In this document: one piece after another, positions 23,563 to 33,028 of the stretch
Layout of the letters: each line of letters begins with the position of its first letter
Position numbering within the stretch: the first letter of the stretch is position 1
From: an uncultured Acidobacteriota bacterium
GTDB taxonomy: Bacteria > Acidobacteriota > Vicinamibacteria > Vicinamibacterales > 2-12-FULL-66-21
NCBI GenBank assembly: GCA_963830815.1
Contig: CAWHNN010000001.1
Span: forward strand, 7,715-71,714
Length of the DNA: 64,000 nt
Reading direction: 5' to 3'
The notes under the pieces: model-generated
What the model was told of the DNA's origin: nothing
Databases searched by the model: none
What the model saw: only the letters and a program-made list of their open reading frames with translations
Translations under genes and position numbers: made by a program

Positions 23563-24099
23563 ATGGAGACCGCTGCCTTCTACATCTTCGCGGCCATCAC
23601 CATCGTGGCGTCGCTGCTCGTCGTCGGGCAGCGCAACCCGATGTACAGCGTCATGCTGCTCATCACGTCGTTTGGCGCGCTGGCGGGCCTCTACGTGCTG
23701 CTCGACGCGCCGTTCACGGCGGTGACGCAGATCATCATCTACGCCGGCGCCATCATGGTGCTCTTCCTCTTTGTCGTCATGCTCCTCAACGTGCCGCGGG
23801 AAGAGCCGCTGCCGCGAGCGGTGGCGACGCTCCTCGGGCCAGCGGGCATGCGCATTGGCGCCGTACTGTCGGTGCTGCTCGCCGGCGAGATCCTCTGGGC
23901 GCTCTCCCGGTTCCGCTTCGGCCCGTCGGGCGGATTGCTGGAGAATGATTTTCGCCCCGAGTATGCCGAGTCGGTCAGCTCTGTGGCCAACATCGGCAAG
24001 ACACTCTTCACCCAGCATGCATTTGCGTTCGAGGTGACGTCGATTCTCATCCTCGTGGCGATGGTCGGCGCCGTCGTCCTGGCGCGGAAGGAGCACTGA
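23563..24099 (+). CDS. nuoJ: NADH-quinone oxidoreductase subunit J
   Basis: QIIIYAGAIMVLFLFVVMLL, FEVTSILILVAMVGA. Confidence 0.94.
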   Translation: METAAFYIFAAITIVASLLVVGQRNPMYSVMLLITSFGALAGLYVLLDAPFTAVTQIIIYAGAIMVLFLFVVMLLNVPREEPLPRAVATLLGPAGMRIGAVLSVLLAGEILWALSRFRFGPSGGLLENDFRPEYAESVSSVANIGKTLFTQHAFAFEVTSILILVAMVGAVVLARKEH

Positions 24100-24103
24100 G
24101 TCC

Positions 24104-24406
24104 ATGGTGCCGTTGAGCCATTTCCTGGTGCTGTCGGGCATCCTCTTTGCGATTGGGACCGCGGGCGTGTTTCTGCGCCGCAACCTGATCACGATACTTC
24201 TGTCGATTGAAATCATGCTCAATGCCGTGAACCTGACGTTCGTGGCGGTTGGGCGCTCTCTCGGAACCGTGGACGGCCAGATCATCACCTTCTTCGTGAT
24301 GACGGTTGCTGCGGCCGAAGCCGCGGTCGGCCTCGCGATCGTCATTTCGCTCTTCCGGCATCGCGAGACGCTCAGCCCGGACGCGTTCACGTCGCTCAAG
24401 TGGTGA
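24104..24406 (+). CDS. nuoK: NADH-quinone oxidoreductase subunit K
   Basis: LLSIEIMLNAVN, VAAAEAAVGLA. Confidence 0.95.
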   Translation: MVPLSHFLVLSGILFAIGTAGVFLRRNLITILLSIEIMLNAVNLTFVAVGRSLGTVDGQIITFFVMTVAAAEAAVGLAIVISLFRHRETLSPDAFTSLKW

Positions 24407-24407
24407 C

Positions 24408-26493
24408 ATGCTGCTCCTGATTCCGCTCCTGCCCTTCGCGGGCTTCCTCATCAACGCCTCGTTCGGGCGGCGGCTGCCGAAGACCGTTTCCGGCGGCGTT
24501 GCCTGCGTCGTGATGGTTGCCGCGTTTCTCGTGTCGCTGGCTGCGACATGGCCGTTCTTCTTTGGCCATGGCGGCAATGACGCGCATCCGGTCGAACAGG
24601 TCGTCTTCAACTGGATATCGTCCGGGACGCTGCAGGTGCCATTCGCGCTGCGCCTGGATCAGCTCTCGTCGCTGATGCTGATGGTCATCACCGGCATCGG
24701 ATCGCTGATTCACATCTATTCGATCGGATACATGCACGAGGAGACCGACAGCGAATACGCGCGCTACTTCTCCTATCTGAATCTCTTCGCCTCCTTCATG
24801 CTCGTGCTCGTGCTCGGCGCCAGCTTCCCGCTGATGTTCGTCGGCTGGGAGGGCGTCGGCCTCTGTTCGTACCTGCTGATTGGCTTCTATCACACGAAGC
24901 AGTCGGCATCGGACGCCGGCAAGAAGGCGTTTGTCGTCAACCGCATCGGCGACTTCGGCTTCATCCTGGGGATGCTGCTGATTTTCGTGACCTTCGGCAC
25001 GCTGGACTTCCAGGGCGTGGCCGAGGCCGCGGCGCGGCGCGCGCCCGAGACGCTCGGCATGGGCGTCATGACGATCGCGACGCTGCTGCTCTTTGTCGGC
25101 GCGACGGGTAAGTCGGCGCAGATTCCGCTGCACATCTGGCTGCCGGACGCGATGGAAGGTCCGACGCCGGTGTCGGCGCTGATCCATGCCGCGACGATGG
25201 TCACGGCGGGCGTCTACATGATCGGGCGCAACGCCGTGCTCTTCTCGCACGCGCCGATGACGCTCGAAGTCATTGCCGTGATCGGCGCTGTCACGGCGCT
25301 GATGGCCGGCACTATCGGCCTGGTGCAGAACGACATCAAGCGGGTGCTCGCCTACTCGACGGTGTCGCAGCTCGGCTACATGTTCCTGGCGATGGGCGAT
25401 GGGCGCCTACGCGGCGGGCATCTTCCACCTCTACACGCACGCCTTCTTCAAGGCGCTGATGTTCCTTGGCTCAGGAGCTGTCATTCACGCATTGGCTGGC
25501 GAGCAGGACATGCGGCGCATGGGTGGCCTCAAGAAGTACCTGCCGATCACCTACTGGACGTTCCTGATTGGCACGCTGGCCATCGCCGGTATTCCGATTT
25601 TTGCCGGCTTCTTCTCGAAGGACGAGATCCTCTACAAGACGTTTGTCGGCACGCCTTTCCATCACGGCAGCCAGATCCTGTGGATCGTCGGCATGCTCAC
25701 GGCGCTCCTGACGGCGGCGTATATGTTCCGCCTCGTCTTCCTGACGTTCCACGGCCCGGAGCGCTTCGCTGCGGCCGGCGGTGGAGCCCATGGCAAGGAC
25801 GCTCACGGGCACGGCGCAAGTCACGCGGTTGCCGGCCACGGAGGCCACGGCCATCACGGTGCGCCGCACGAGGCGCCGATGTCGATGGCACTGCCGCTCA
25901 TCGTTCTGGCGATCGGCTCGGCCGTCGCGGGATTCGTCGGCGTGCCTCATGCGCTTGGCGGTCACAACGCGATCGAAGGATTCCTGGAGCCGGTCTTCGA
26001 GGTGCACAGCACGGCGACGGCTGGCGAAGCCCCGGCGCCGCTGACCGAGCCGGGTGGGGCGCCGCCGCTGCAAGCCGAAGCCGAGCACGCGCCTCAGGGC
26101 GACATCGGAACCGAGCGTATGCTGATGGGCGCGTCGGTCGGCGTGGCGGCTCTCGGCATCCTCATCGCCCTGTATTTCTGGATGTGGCAGCCTTCGGCGG
26201 CGACGGCGCTTGCGCAGCAGTTGTCCGGTGTCCACCGGCTGCTGCTCAACAAGTACTACATCGACGAGATCTACAACGCCGTCATCGTCCAGCCGCTCAA
26301 ACAGCTTTCGATTGGCGCGCTGTGGAAGGGCGTCGATGCCGGGCTGATCGACGGCACGGTCAATGGTGTCGGCGCCGGCGTCCAGGGTTTCAGCTCGACG
26401 CTGCGCCGGACGCAGACCGGGTCGATCCGCACCTACGCGGCGTCGCTGTTCCTGGGCGCGGTTCTGGTTCTGGGGTGGTACCTGTGGAGCTGA
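24408..26493 (+). CDS. nuoL: NADH-quinone oxidoreductase subunit L (frameshift near 25395)
   Basis: GKSAQIPLHIWLPDAMEGPTPVSALIHAATMV, THAFFKAL. Confidence 0.94.
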
Positions 26494-26539
26494 GATTCCT
26501 CGCCGTCAGACGCCCCGAGTTCCGTTCACGACTACAGAC

Positions 26540-28231
26540 ATGCTCTCGTTAATCGTCTTTCTTCCTCTGTTGGGCGCGATAGTCACCCTGCTGGCGGGTG
26601 GTCGCGGCGATCGGCCCGAACGCGAGCCGCTGGTGCGCAACGTCGCCCTCGTGGCGTCGCTTGCGACCTTTGCGGCGACGCTGCTGCTCTGGTGGCGCTT
26701 CGATCCGACCAGCGCCGACTACCAGTTCGTCGAGACCCACGCCTGGATGCCGATGTTCGGGATCCAGTACCTGATTGGCGTCGACGGCATCAGCCTGTTC
26801 CTCATCGTGCTGACGGGGTTCCTGACGCCGCTGGCGCTGCTGTGCTCGTGGGAGTCGGTGCACAAGAGCGTCAAGCTCTTCTCGGCCTTCGTGCTCGCCC
26901 TCGAAACGGCGATGCTCGGCGTCTTTGTCTCGATCGATCTCTTCCTCTTCTACATCTTCTGGGACGCGATGCTGATTCCGATGTATTTCCTCATCGGGAT
27001 CTGGGGCTACGAGCGCCGCATCTACGCCGCCATCAAGTTCATGCTCTACACGATGGCGGGCAGCGTCCTGATGTTGCTCGCCATCATCGGGCTTGCCTGG
27101 GCGCACGCCGAGATCAGCCCGTCGCACGTGCCGAGCTTCAACCTCCTCGATCTCTACGGCATGCAGCTGCCGGGGAACATGGAGAGCTGGTTCTTCCTCG
27201 CCTTCACCCTGGCGTTTGCGATCAAAGTGCCGCTGTTCCCGTTCCATACCTGGCTTCCCGACGCGCACGTCGAGGCGCCGACGGCGGGCTCCGTCATCCT
27301 TGCCGGCGTCCTGCTGAAGATGGGCACCTACGGCCTCCTGCGTTTTGCCTTTCCGCTGTTTCCCGCCACGGCTCTGGCGATGGCGCCGATTCTGGGCACG
27401 CTGGCCGTCATCGGCATCATCTACGGCGCTCTCGTCGCGATGGTGCAGCCGGACATGAAGAAGCTCGTGGCCTACTCGAGCGTGAGCCACCTCGGCTTCG
27501 TCGTGCTCGGCTTGTGCGCCATGAACCTGCAGGGCGTGCAGGGCTCGCTCTACCAGATGCTGAACCACGGTGTCAGCACCGGCGGACTCTTCATGATCGT
27601 CGGCATGCTTTCCGACCGCCGTCACACGCGGCTGATCTCCGAGTTCGGCGGTCTCAAGAGCGTGATGCCCCGCCTCGTCGCGGCATTCCTCGTCATCACG
27701 CTGTCGTCGATTGCCGTCCCGGGCTTCAACGGTTTCGTCGGCGAGTTCCTGATTCTTCTGGGCGCCTTCCGCTGGAGCCCGATGCTGGCCTCGCTCGCGG
27801 CGACGGGTGTGATCTTGTCGGCCGTCTACATGCTGTGGATGTTCCAGCGCGTCAACTACGGGCCGGTGACGAACGAGAAGAACCGCAACCTGCCAGACCT
27901 CACGCCGCGCGAATGGGCGCTGATGGTGCCGACGATCGCGCTGGTGATCCTGATGGGCGTCTTCCCGGGCATCTTCCTGCGTCCGATGGAGCCGTCGGTC
28001 AACCGGATCATCGAGCGCGTCACCGGGAGTCAGCCGGCGCGCGTCCGGCTCGACAATCGTCAGGGCGCGACGTCTCCGGTCCGGCCAGTCGTCCAGGTGG
28101 CGCCGGTCGCTGGCAACGTTGACGGCGCCGCGACCACGTCACCGCGAGCCGCAAACCGCGAGCCGCGAACCGCGATTCCGGGAACCGAGGTCCTCGAACC
28201 CCGGACCACGTCCACGGCACCGAAACAATGA
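26540..28231 (+). CDS. nuoM: NADH-quinone oxidoreductase subunit M with long C-terminal tail
   Basis: KVPLFPFHTWLPDAHVEAPT, LLKMGTYG, YSSVSHLG. Confidence 0.95.
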   Translation: MLSLIVFLPLLGAIVTLLAGGRGDRPEREPLVRNVALVASLATFAATLLLWWRFDPTSADYQFVETHAWMPMFGIQYLIGVDGISLFLIVLTGFLTPLALLCSWESVHKSVKLFSAFVLALETAMLGVFVSIDLFLFYIFWDAMLIPMYFLIGIWGYERRIYAAIKFMLYTMAGSVLMLLAIIGLAWAHAEISPSHVPSFNLLDLYGMQLPGNMESWFFLAFTLAFAIKVPLFPFHTWLPDAHVEAPTAGSVILAGVLLKMGTYGLLRFAFPLFPATALAMAPILGTLAVIGIIYGALVAMVQPDMKKLVAYSSVSHLGFVVLGLCAMNLQGVQGSLYQMLNHGVSTGGLFMIVGMLSDRRHTRLISEFGGLKSVMPRLVAAFLVITLSSIAVPGFNGFVGEFLILLGAFRWSPMLASLAATGVILSAVYMLWMFQRVNYGPVTNEKNRNLPDLTPREWALMVPTIALVILMGVFPGIFLRPMEPSVNRIIERVTGSQPARVRLDNRQGATSPVRPVVQVAPVAGNVDGAATTSPRAANREPRTAIPGTEVLEPRTTSTAPKQ

Positions 28232-29662
28232 GCGCCTACATCGCCCTCGTCCCAATGGTCATCATCGTCCTCGCGGGTTGCGCCGCGATGCTCGGGGAGG
28301 CGTTCCGGCAGCGCGGCGAGCGCATGCCCATTGCCGGCTTCGGCCTGATCGGTCTCGGCGGTTCGGCGCTGGCGAGCGTGCTCCTCTGGGGCCAGGACGC
28401 CCAGAGCTTTGGCGTCGTCCGCTCCGACAATTTCGCCCTCTTCATCAACCTCGTCCTGTGCGTTATCGGCGTCCTGACGATGCTCTTCTCGGACGAGATC
28501 GTCGAGCGCGAAGAATTGCCTCCCGGCGAGTACTACGCCCTGACCTTGTTTGCGATCAGCGGCATGATGCTCATGGCGGCGGCGACCGATCTGCTGGTCA
28601 TTTTCCTGGCGCTGGAGGTGCTGTCGCTGTCGGTCTACGTCCTGACGGGCATCCGCCGGTCGAGCTCCGCCGGTGCCGAAGCCGCATTCAAGTACTTCCT
28701 GCTCGGTGCGTTTTCGAGCGCCTTCTTCCTTTACGGCGTCGCGTTCGCCTTCGCGCTGTCGGGATCGACCAGGCTCGACGAGCTCGGCGCGGCGCTGTCG
28801 GCGCAAGGCGCGACGCAGCCATCTACGATCGCGCTTCTGGCGCTCGGGTTGCTCGCTGGTCGGATTCGCGTTCAAGGTGTCGGCCGTCCCGTTTCACATG
28901 TGGACACCTGACGCCTACGAGGGCGCCCCGACGATCGTCACCGCGTTCATGTCGACGGGCGTCAAGGCCGCTGCCTTCGCCGCCTTCGTGCGCGTCTTCC
29001 TCTCACCGCTCGAGCCGCTGCAGGACCAGTGGATTCCGGCGCTCGGCGTCATCGCCGGCGCGACGATGATTCTGGGAACAGTCGTCGGTGTGGTCCAGAC
29101 CAACATCAAGCGGATGCTGGCGTACTCGAGCATCGCGCACGCCGGCTACTTGCTTCTGGGTATCGTCGCGACGACGAACACCGGCAAGGCGGCCGTGCTC
29201 TTCTACCTGCTCGCCTACGCCGTCTCGAACCTCGGCGCGCTCGGCATCGTCGCGCTGATGGGCACGGCTCAGCACGGCCACGACGAGCTCCGCGATTTCG
29301 CTGGCTTGTGGAAGTCCCGCCCCGGCCTCGCAGCGCTGATGACGATGTTCCTGTTGTCGCTCGGCGGCTTCCCGCCGATGGCGGGCTTCATCGGCAAGTG
29401 GTACATCTTCAGCGCTGCCGTCGAACGAGGCCATTACTGGCTGGCGGTGATTGGCGTGCTGACGAGCGTCATCTCAGTCTTCTTCTACCTGCGGATCGTC
29501 GTCATGATGTACATGACGGAGGGCAGCGATACGCCGCGTCCGCGGGTGCCGCTGCCGGCCGCCGCAGGTCTGGCGCTCGCGACCATCGCCGTGTTGTATC
29601 TGGGAATCTTGCCGACGAGGATTATCGAGCTGGCAATGGACTCGATCAGCACGATTTTTTAG
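28228..29662 (+). CDS. nuoN: NADH-quinone oxidoreductase subunit N (frameshift near 28850)
   Basis: EAAFKYFLLG, FKVSAVPFHMWTPDAYEGAP, KRMLAYSSIAH. Confidence 0.94.
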
Positions 29663-29733
29663 CTGCTCGACTGCCGACTGCCGACTGCCGAACTCCTAAC
29701 TCCTAGATTCTGTCTCCTGTCTCCTGCCTCCTG
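29662..29733. repeat. Composite heptamer tandem array
   Basis: (ACTGCCG)3, (ACTCCTA)2, about 3x CTGTCTC-like units in succession. Confidence 0.85.
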
Positions 29734-29939
29734 AATGAGGCCCGGTCCCTGACGACGAGGCACTGGGAGGGAACCTCGCCGTCAGGTGTGCCCGCGGGCG
29801 GCGTCAGCGCGTCCTGACGTCGTGGGTGTGACGCTCGGCGTATGGCGCGACTGTTTCCGCGCCTGTGAGGGCCGAGGCGTCCCACACCTCCCGCAAAGTG
29901 TAGGTATCGCCGTGCTTGGCGAACGTCACTTCATCCTGT

Positions 29940-30075
29940 ATCGTGCGCGAGGTCGTGCGCGATCACGGCGGCGAAGTCAGCGTTGCCAATCGGCCGGTCG
30001 GCGGCGCCGTGTTCACCCTCGAGCTTCCTCGTGCTGCTGATTCTGTTGACGAGCCTGCCGCAGCTCGCGTGACTG
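29940..30075 (+). pseudogene. Histidine kinase HATPase_c C-terminal remnant
   Basis: IVREVVRDHGGEVSVANRPVGGAVFTLELP with no upstream kinase sequence. Confidence 0.7.
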
Positions 30076-30077
30076 CT

Positions 30078-31448
30078 ATGTACAGCATCCTCGTTGTAGA
30101 CGACGACCGCGAGACCTGCCGCTTCATCACCGAGCTCATCGCCGCCGACGACCGTCACATCGTCTCCGAGCAGACCCCGGCCGACGCGCTCCGGCGATTC
30201 CGCGGCGAACACATCGATTTGATGGTTTCGGATATCAACCTCAATGCTTCGCATTCTGGCCTGGACCTGCTGCGCGCGTTCCGGACGGAGAATCCCGAAG
30301 GACAGGTACTCCTGATCAGCGGCTTTGGCACGCTGGAGACAGCGATCGCCGCCGTCCGTGCTGGCGCCTTCGACTACATCAGCAAGCCGTTCAACATTGC
30401 CGAAGTCAAGGCGATGGTCGCGCGTGCGCTGGCGCACGTCGGCAGCGTCGATGCCGCGCCTCCGGCAGCGCCGGACCAGCACGTGCGTGCGCCGGGGCTC
30501 ATCGGCCGCACGGCCGGGATGCTCGCGGTCTATAAACAGATTGCCTACGCCGCAGATTCGAACGCGCCAGTCCTGATTCTCGGCGAGAGCGGCACCGGCA
30601 AGGAGCTCGTCTCGCGCGCCATCCACGCCAACGGCCCGCGCGCGACGCGGCCGTTTGTCGCCATCAACTGCGGCGCCATTCCAGAAACGCTGCTGGAGTC
30701 AGAGCTCTTCGGCCACACCCGCGGCTCGTTCACTGGCGCCGTCGCCGACCGCAAGGGCATCATCGAGCAGGCGACCGGCGGCACGGTACTGCTCGACGAG
30801 ATCGGCGAGACATCGCTGGCGCTTCAAGTGCGGCTGCTGCGGACGATTGAGGAAGGGGAAGTGCGGCCCGTCGGCGCCGGGCGTACGGTGAAGGTCGACG
30901 CCCGTGTCATTTCGGCGACGAACCGCAATCTCGAGAAGGAAGTCGCAGCGCAGCGCTTCCGTCAGGATCTCTTCTATCGCCTGAGCGTCATCGTCATCAC
31001 CGTGCCGCCGCTGCGCGGGCGGCGCGCCGACATTCCATTGCTGGCAGGGCAGTTCCTGACGAATGCGTGCGCGCGCACCGGGCGGGCCGTGGAGATCGCC
31101 CCGGACGCGATCGATGCCCTGGCATCCTACGACTGGCCCGGGAACGTCCGCGAGCTCGAAAACACGATCGAGCGACTCGTGCTCTTCAGCCGCGGCGCTT
31201 CAATCCATGCTGCCGATCTGCCGCCGGCGATCAGCTCCGTCGGCGCGACGACGCAGCTGCACACGCAGCTCTTTACGGATCTCCCATCGCTCGACGAGCT
31301 CGAGCGGCGATATCTCCTGCACGTCCTGCAGGCCGTGGGCGGCAACCGGACCAGGGCGGCCGAAGTCATGGGCATCGATCGGCGCACGCTGTATCGCATG
31401 GCCATCAGGTTCGGTTTGAACCTGCCGCATGTGGGAGAAGAAGAATAA
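30078..31448 (+). CDS. Sigma-54-dependent NtrC-family response regulator
   Basis: Receiver ILVVDDD, GESGTGKE, ELFGHTRGSFTGA, WPGNVRELEN, Fis-type HTH. Confidence 0.94.
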   Translation: MYSILVVDDDRETCRFITELIAADDRHIVSEQTPADALRRFRGEHIDLMVSDINLNASHSGLDLLRAFRTENPEGQVLLISGFGTLETAIAAVRAGAFDYISKPFNIAEVKAMVARALAHVGSVDAAPPAAPDQHVRAPGLIGRTAGMLAVYKQIAYAADSNAPVLILGESGTGKELVSRAIHANGPRATRPFVAINCGAIPETLLESELFGHTRGSFTGAVADRKGIIEQATGGTVLLDEIGETSLALQVRLLRTIEEGEVRPVGAGRTVKVDARVISATNRNLEKEVAAQRFRQDLFYRLSVIVITVPPLRGRRADIPLLAGQFLTNACARTGRAVEIAPDAIDALASYDWPGNVRELENTIERLVLFSRGASIHAADLPPAISSVGATTQLHTQLFTDLPSLDELERRYLLHVLQAVGGNRTRAAEVMGIDRRTLYRMAIRFGLNLPHVGEEE

Positions 31449-31532
31449 TGCTGAATGTTGAATGCTGAATGCTGAAGTGAATGTTGAATTCGAATCCTTC
31501 ATTCAGCACTCAGCATTCAGCACTCAGCATTA
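31446..31532. repeat. Inverted heptamer array (AATGCTG)n...(CAGCATT)n
   Basis: Read directly from sequence; arms are imperfect reverse complements. Confidence 0.9.
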
Positions 31533-31547
31533 CAATAGAATCCACCC

Positions 31548-31952
31548 ATGGACGTGCCCGAATACCGGCCGCTCGAACGTTTCTGGCCCTACGTGGACCT
31601 GCCGGAGCAGCCGAGCGACGAAGAGCTCGCACAGCTCGACCCCGCCCTTGCGGAGGCGCTTTTCGGCCGGCCGCGGCAGCCGTTCTCGGTGTCGCTGCAG
31701 TTCCCGACGTTTGCCGGGCCCGACTTTGCGCGCGCGCTGGAGCTTGCTCGAGCGTCAGCGGAGTACCGGGAGATCGGCAGCGGCGCCGAACTCAGGCACC
31801 GCGCGCGCTTCTTTCCCGGTGACGCTCTCCGTTTACGCACCCTGTTCGAGATTGTCGGACGCCTCGACGCCTGCGAGGTCCTGATCGACGATCGGCCACT
31901 GCCGTATGCCCGCGAGTTGTGGCTGCCGCTGATGTGGTTTCTGATTTCCTAG
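31548..31952 (+). CDS. Hypothetical protein
   Basis: 134-aa ORF with high-GC3 codon usage in operon-like arrangement. Confidence 0.7.
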   Translation: MDVPEYRPLERFWPYVDLPEQPSDEELAQLDPALAEALFGRPRQPFSVSLQFPTFAGPDFARALELARASAEYREIGSGAELRHRARFFPGDALRLRTLFEIVGRLDACEVLIDDRPLPYARELWLPLMWFLIS

Positions 31953-31967
31953 GCGGCTCGCGACCTG

Positions 31968-32573
31968 ATGGCTGAACAAACAGACGTCCAGAAGGACCTG
32001 CAACTCCTTGCCGCTGATCTCAAGCGGCTCGAGGGGGAGTACAACATGTTCTTCTCCGGACGCCTGCCGCGCCCGCCCTGGGAGACGCGCGGCCGTGTCG
32101 AGGCCGTGATCAAGCGCTACGATCGCGGCGCCAGCATGGGCACCGGCGACCGGTTCCGCTTCGAGATGCTGCAGTCTCGATTCCAGTCGCTCGTCGAGCT
32201 CTGGGACCGTGGCTTGCGCTCGCGCGAGGAAGGGCGTGCCGGCCCGTTCGCTCAGCCGCTGCCGAAGGCCAAGACCAAGGCGGCCAAGCCCGCGACCGGC
32301 AAGGTCGTCAGCGTTACGGCCTTCACCGATCCGGTGAAGGAGATGGACAAGCTGCACACGCTCTACAGCTCGCTGATGGACGCACGCCGGCAGCACGGCG
32401 AAGACGTCGTGCCGTTCCACAAGTTTGCGGCGCTGGTGAAGACCCAGGTGACGAAACTGCGCGACGAGGGAAATCCGGAGGTTGCGTTCCGCGTCGCCGT
32501 GAAAGACGGAAAGGTTGCCTTTACGGTGCGGCCGATGAAAGAGATGAAGGAAGGGAAGGATTCGAAAGAGTGA
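31968..32573 (+). CDS. Conserved hypothetical protein, resembles MXAN_5187 C-terminal domain
   Basis: LEGEYNMFFSG..PRPP and FRVAVKDGKV pattern; family assignment from memory. Confidence 0.6.
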   Translation: MAEQTDVQKDLQLLAADLKRLEGEYNMFFSGRLPRPPWETRGRVEAVIKRYDRGASMGTGDRFRFEMLQSRFQSLVELWDRGLRSREEGRAGPFAQPLPKAKTKAAKPATGKVVSVTAFTDPVKEMDKLHTLYSSLMDARRQHGEDVVPFHKFAALVKTQVTKLRDEGNPEVAFRVAVKDGKVAFTVRPMKEMKEGKDSKE

Positions 32574-32587
32574 GGGGGGTCGAACTA

Positions 32588-32619
32588 GAGACCGGAACGC
32601 CCGTGAGCGTCCCGGTCTC
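32588..32619. terminator. Hairpin between convergent genes
   Basis: GAGACCGG-AACGC...GCGTC-CCGGTCTC inverted repeat; no U-tract. Confidence 0.5.
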
Positions 32620-32629
32620 GTGCCGGGAT

Positions 32630-32836
32630 TTAGCTGGGCTTCGTCACGTTGCCAGCCTGCTGGCCTTTGGGACCGTCGACGATCTCGAACTCGACCGCCT
32701 GACCTTCCTCGAGCGTCCGGAAACCATTGCCCTGGACGGCCGAGAAGTGGACGAACACGTCCGCCCCGCCTTCGCGTTCAATGAAACCGTAACCCTTGGC
32801 GTTGTTGAACCACTTGACCTTACCTGTGATACGCAT
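32630..32836 (-). CDS. Cold-shock protein (CspA family)
   Basis: [23 protein letters not shown]; 68 aa. Confidence 0.96.
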   Translation of the reverse strand: MRITGKVKWFNNAKGYGFIEREGGADVFVHFSAVQGNGFRTLEEGQAVEFEIVDGPKGQQAGNVTKPS

Positions 32837-32925
32837 CGTACATTTCCTGCCTTGCGAAGCCGCGGCGTGTTTGCGCCGCATGATACCTATCCCCGGCACC
32901 GCGTATTAACGATGACCGTGGACAC

Positions 32926-32952
32926 AAAAAAAGACCGCGAGAGCGCGGCCTC
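32926..32952 (-). terminator. Intrinsic terminator within csp leader
   Basis: Minus strand GGCCGCG-CTCT-CGCGGTC-TTTTTTT. Confidence 0.7.
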
Positions 32953-32985
32953 GACTTACGATAGCTGGCCTCCCAGCCAAGGGCC

Positions 32986-33014
32986 ATACTAGGGGTTTTG
33001 CCTGTAAATGTCAA
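32986..33014 (-). promoter_or_regulatory. Sigma-70-type promoter facing csp
   Basis: Minus strand TTGACA-N17-TAGTAT. Confidence 0.75.
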
Positions 33015-33028
33015 GTAAATCGCCAATT

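Noticed and set aside
22359-23948. 529-aa extended NuoH
   Set aside because: Extension runs through a repeat and out of frame over nuoJ; lost stop is more likely.
29842-29857. Possible sigma-54 promoter TGGCGCG-N4-TTTC
   Set aside because: The near-invariant -12 GC is missing.
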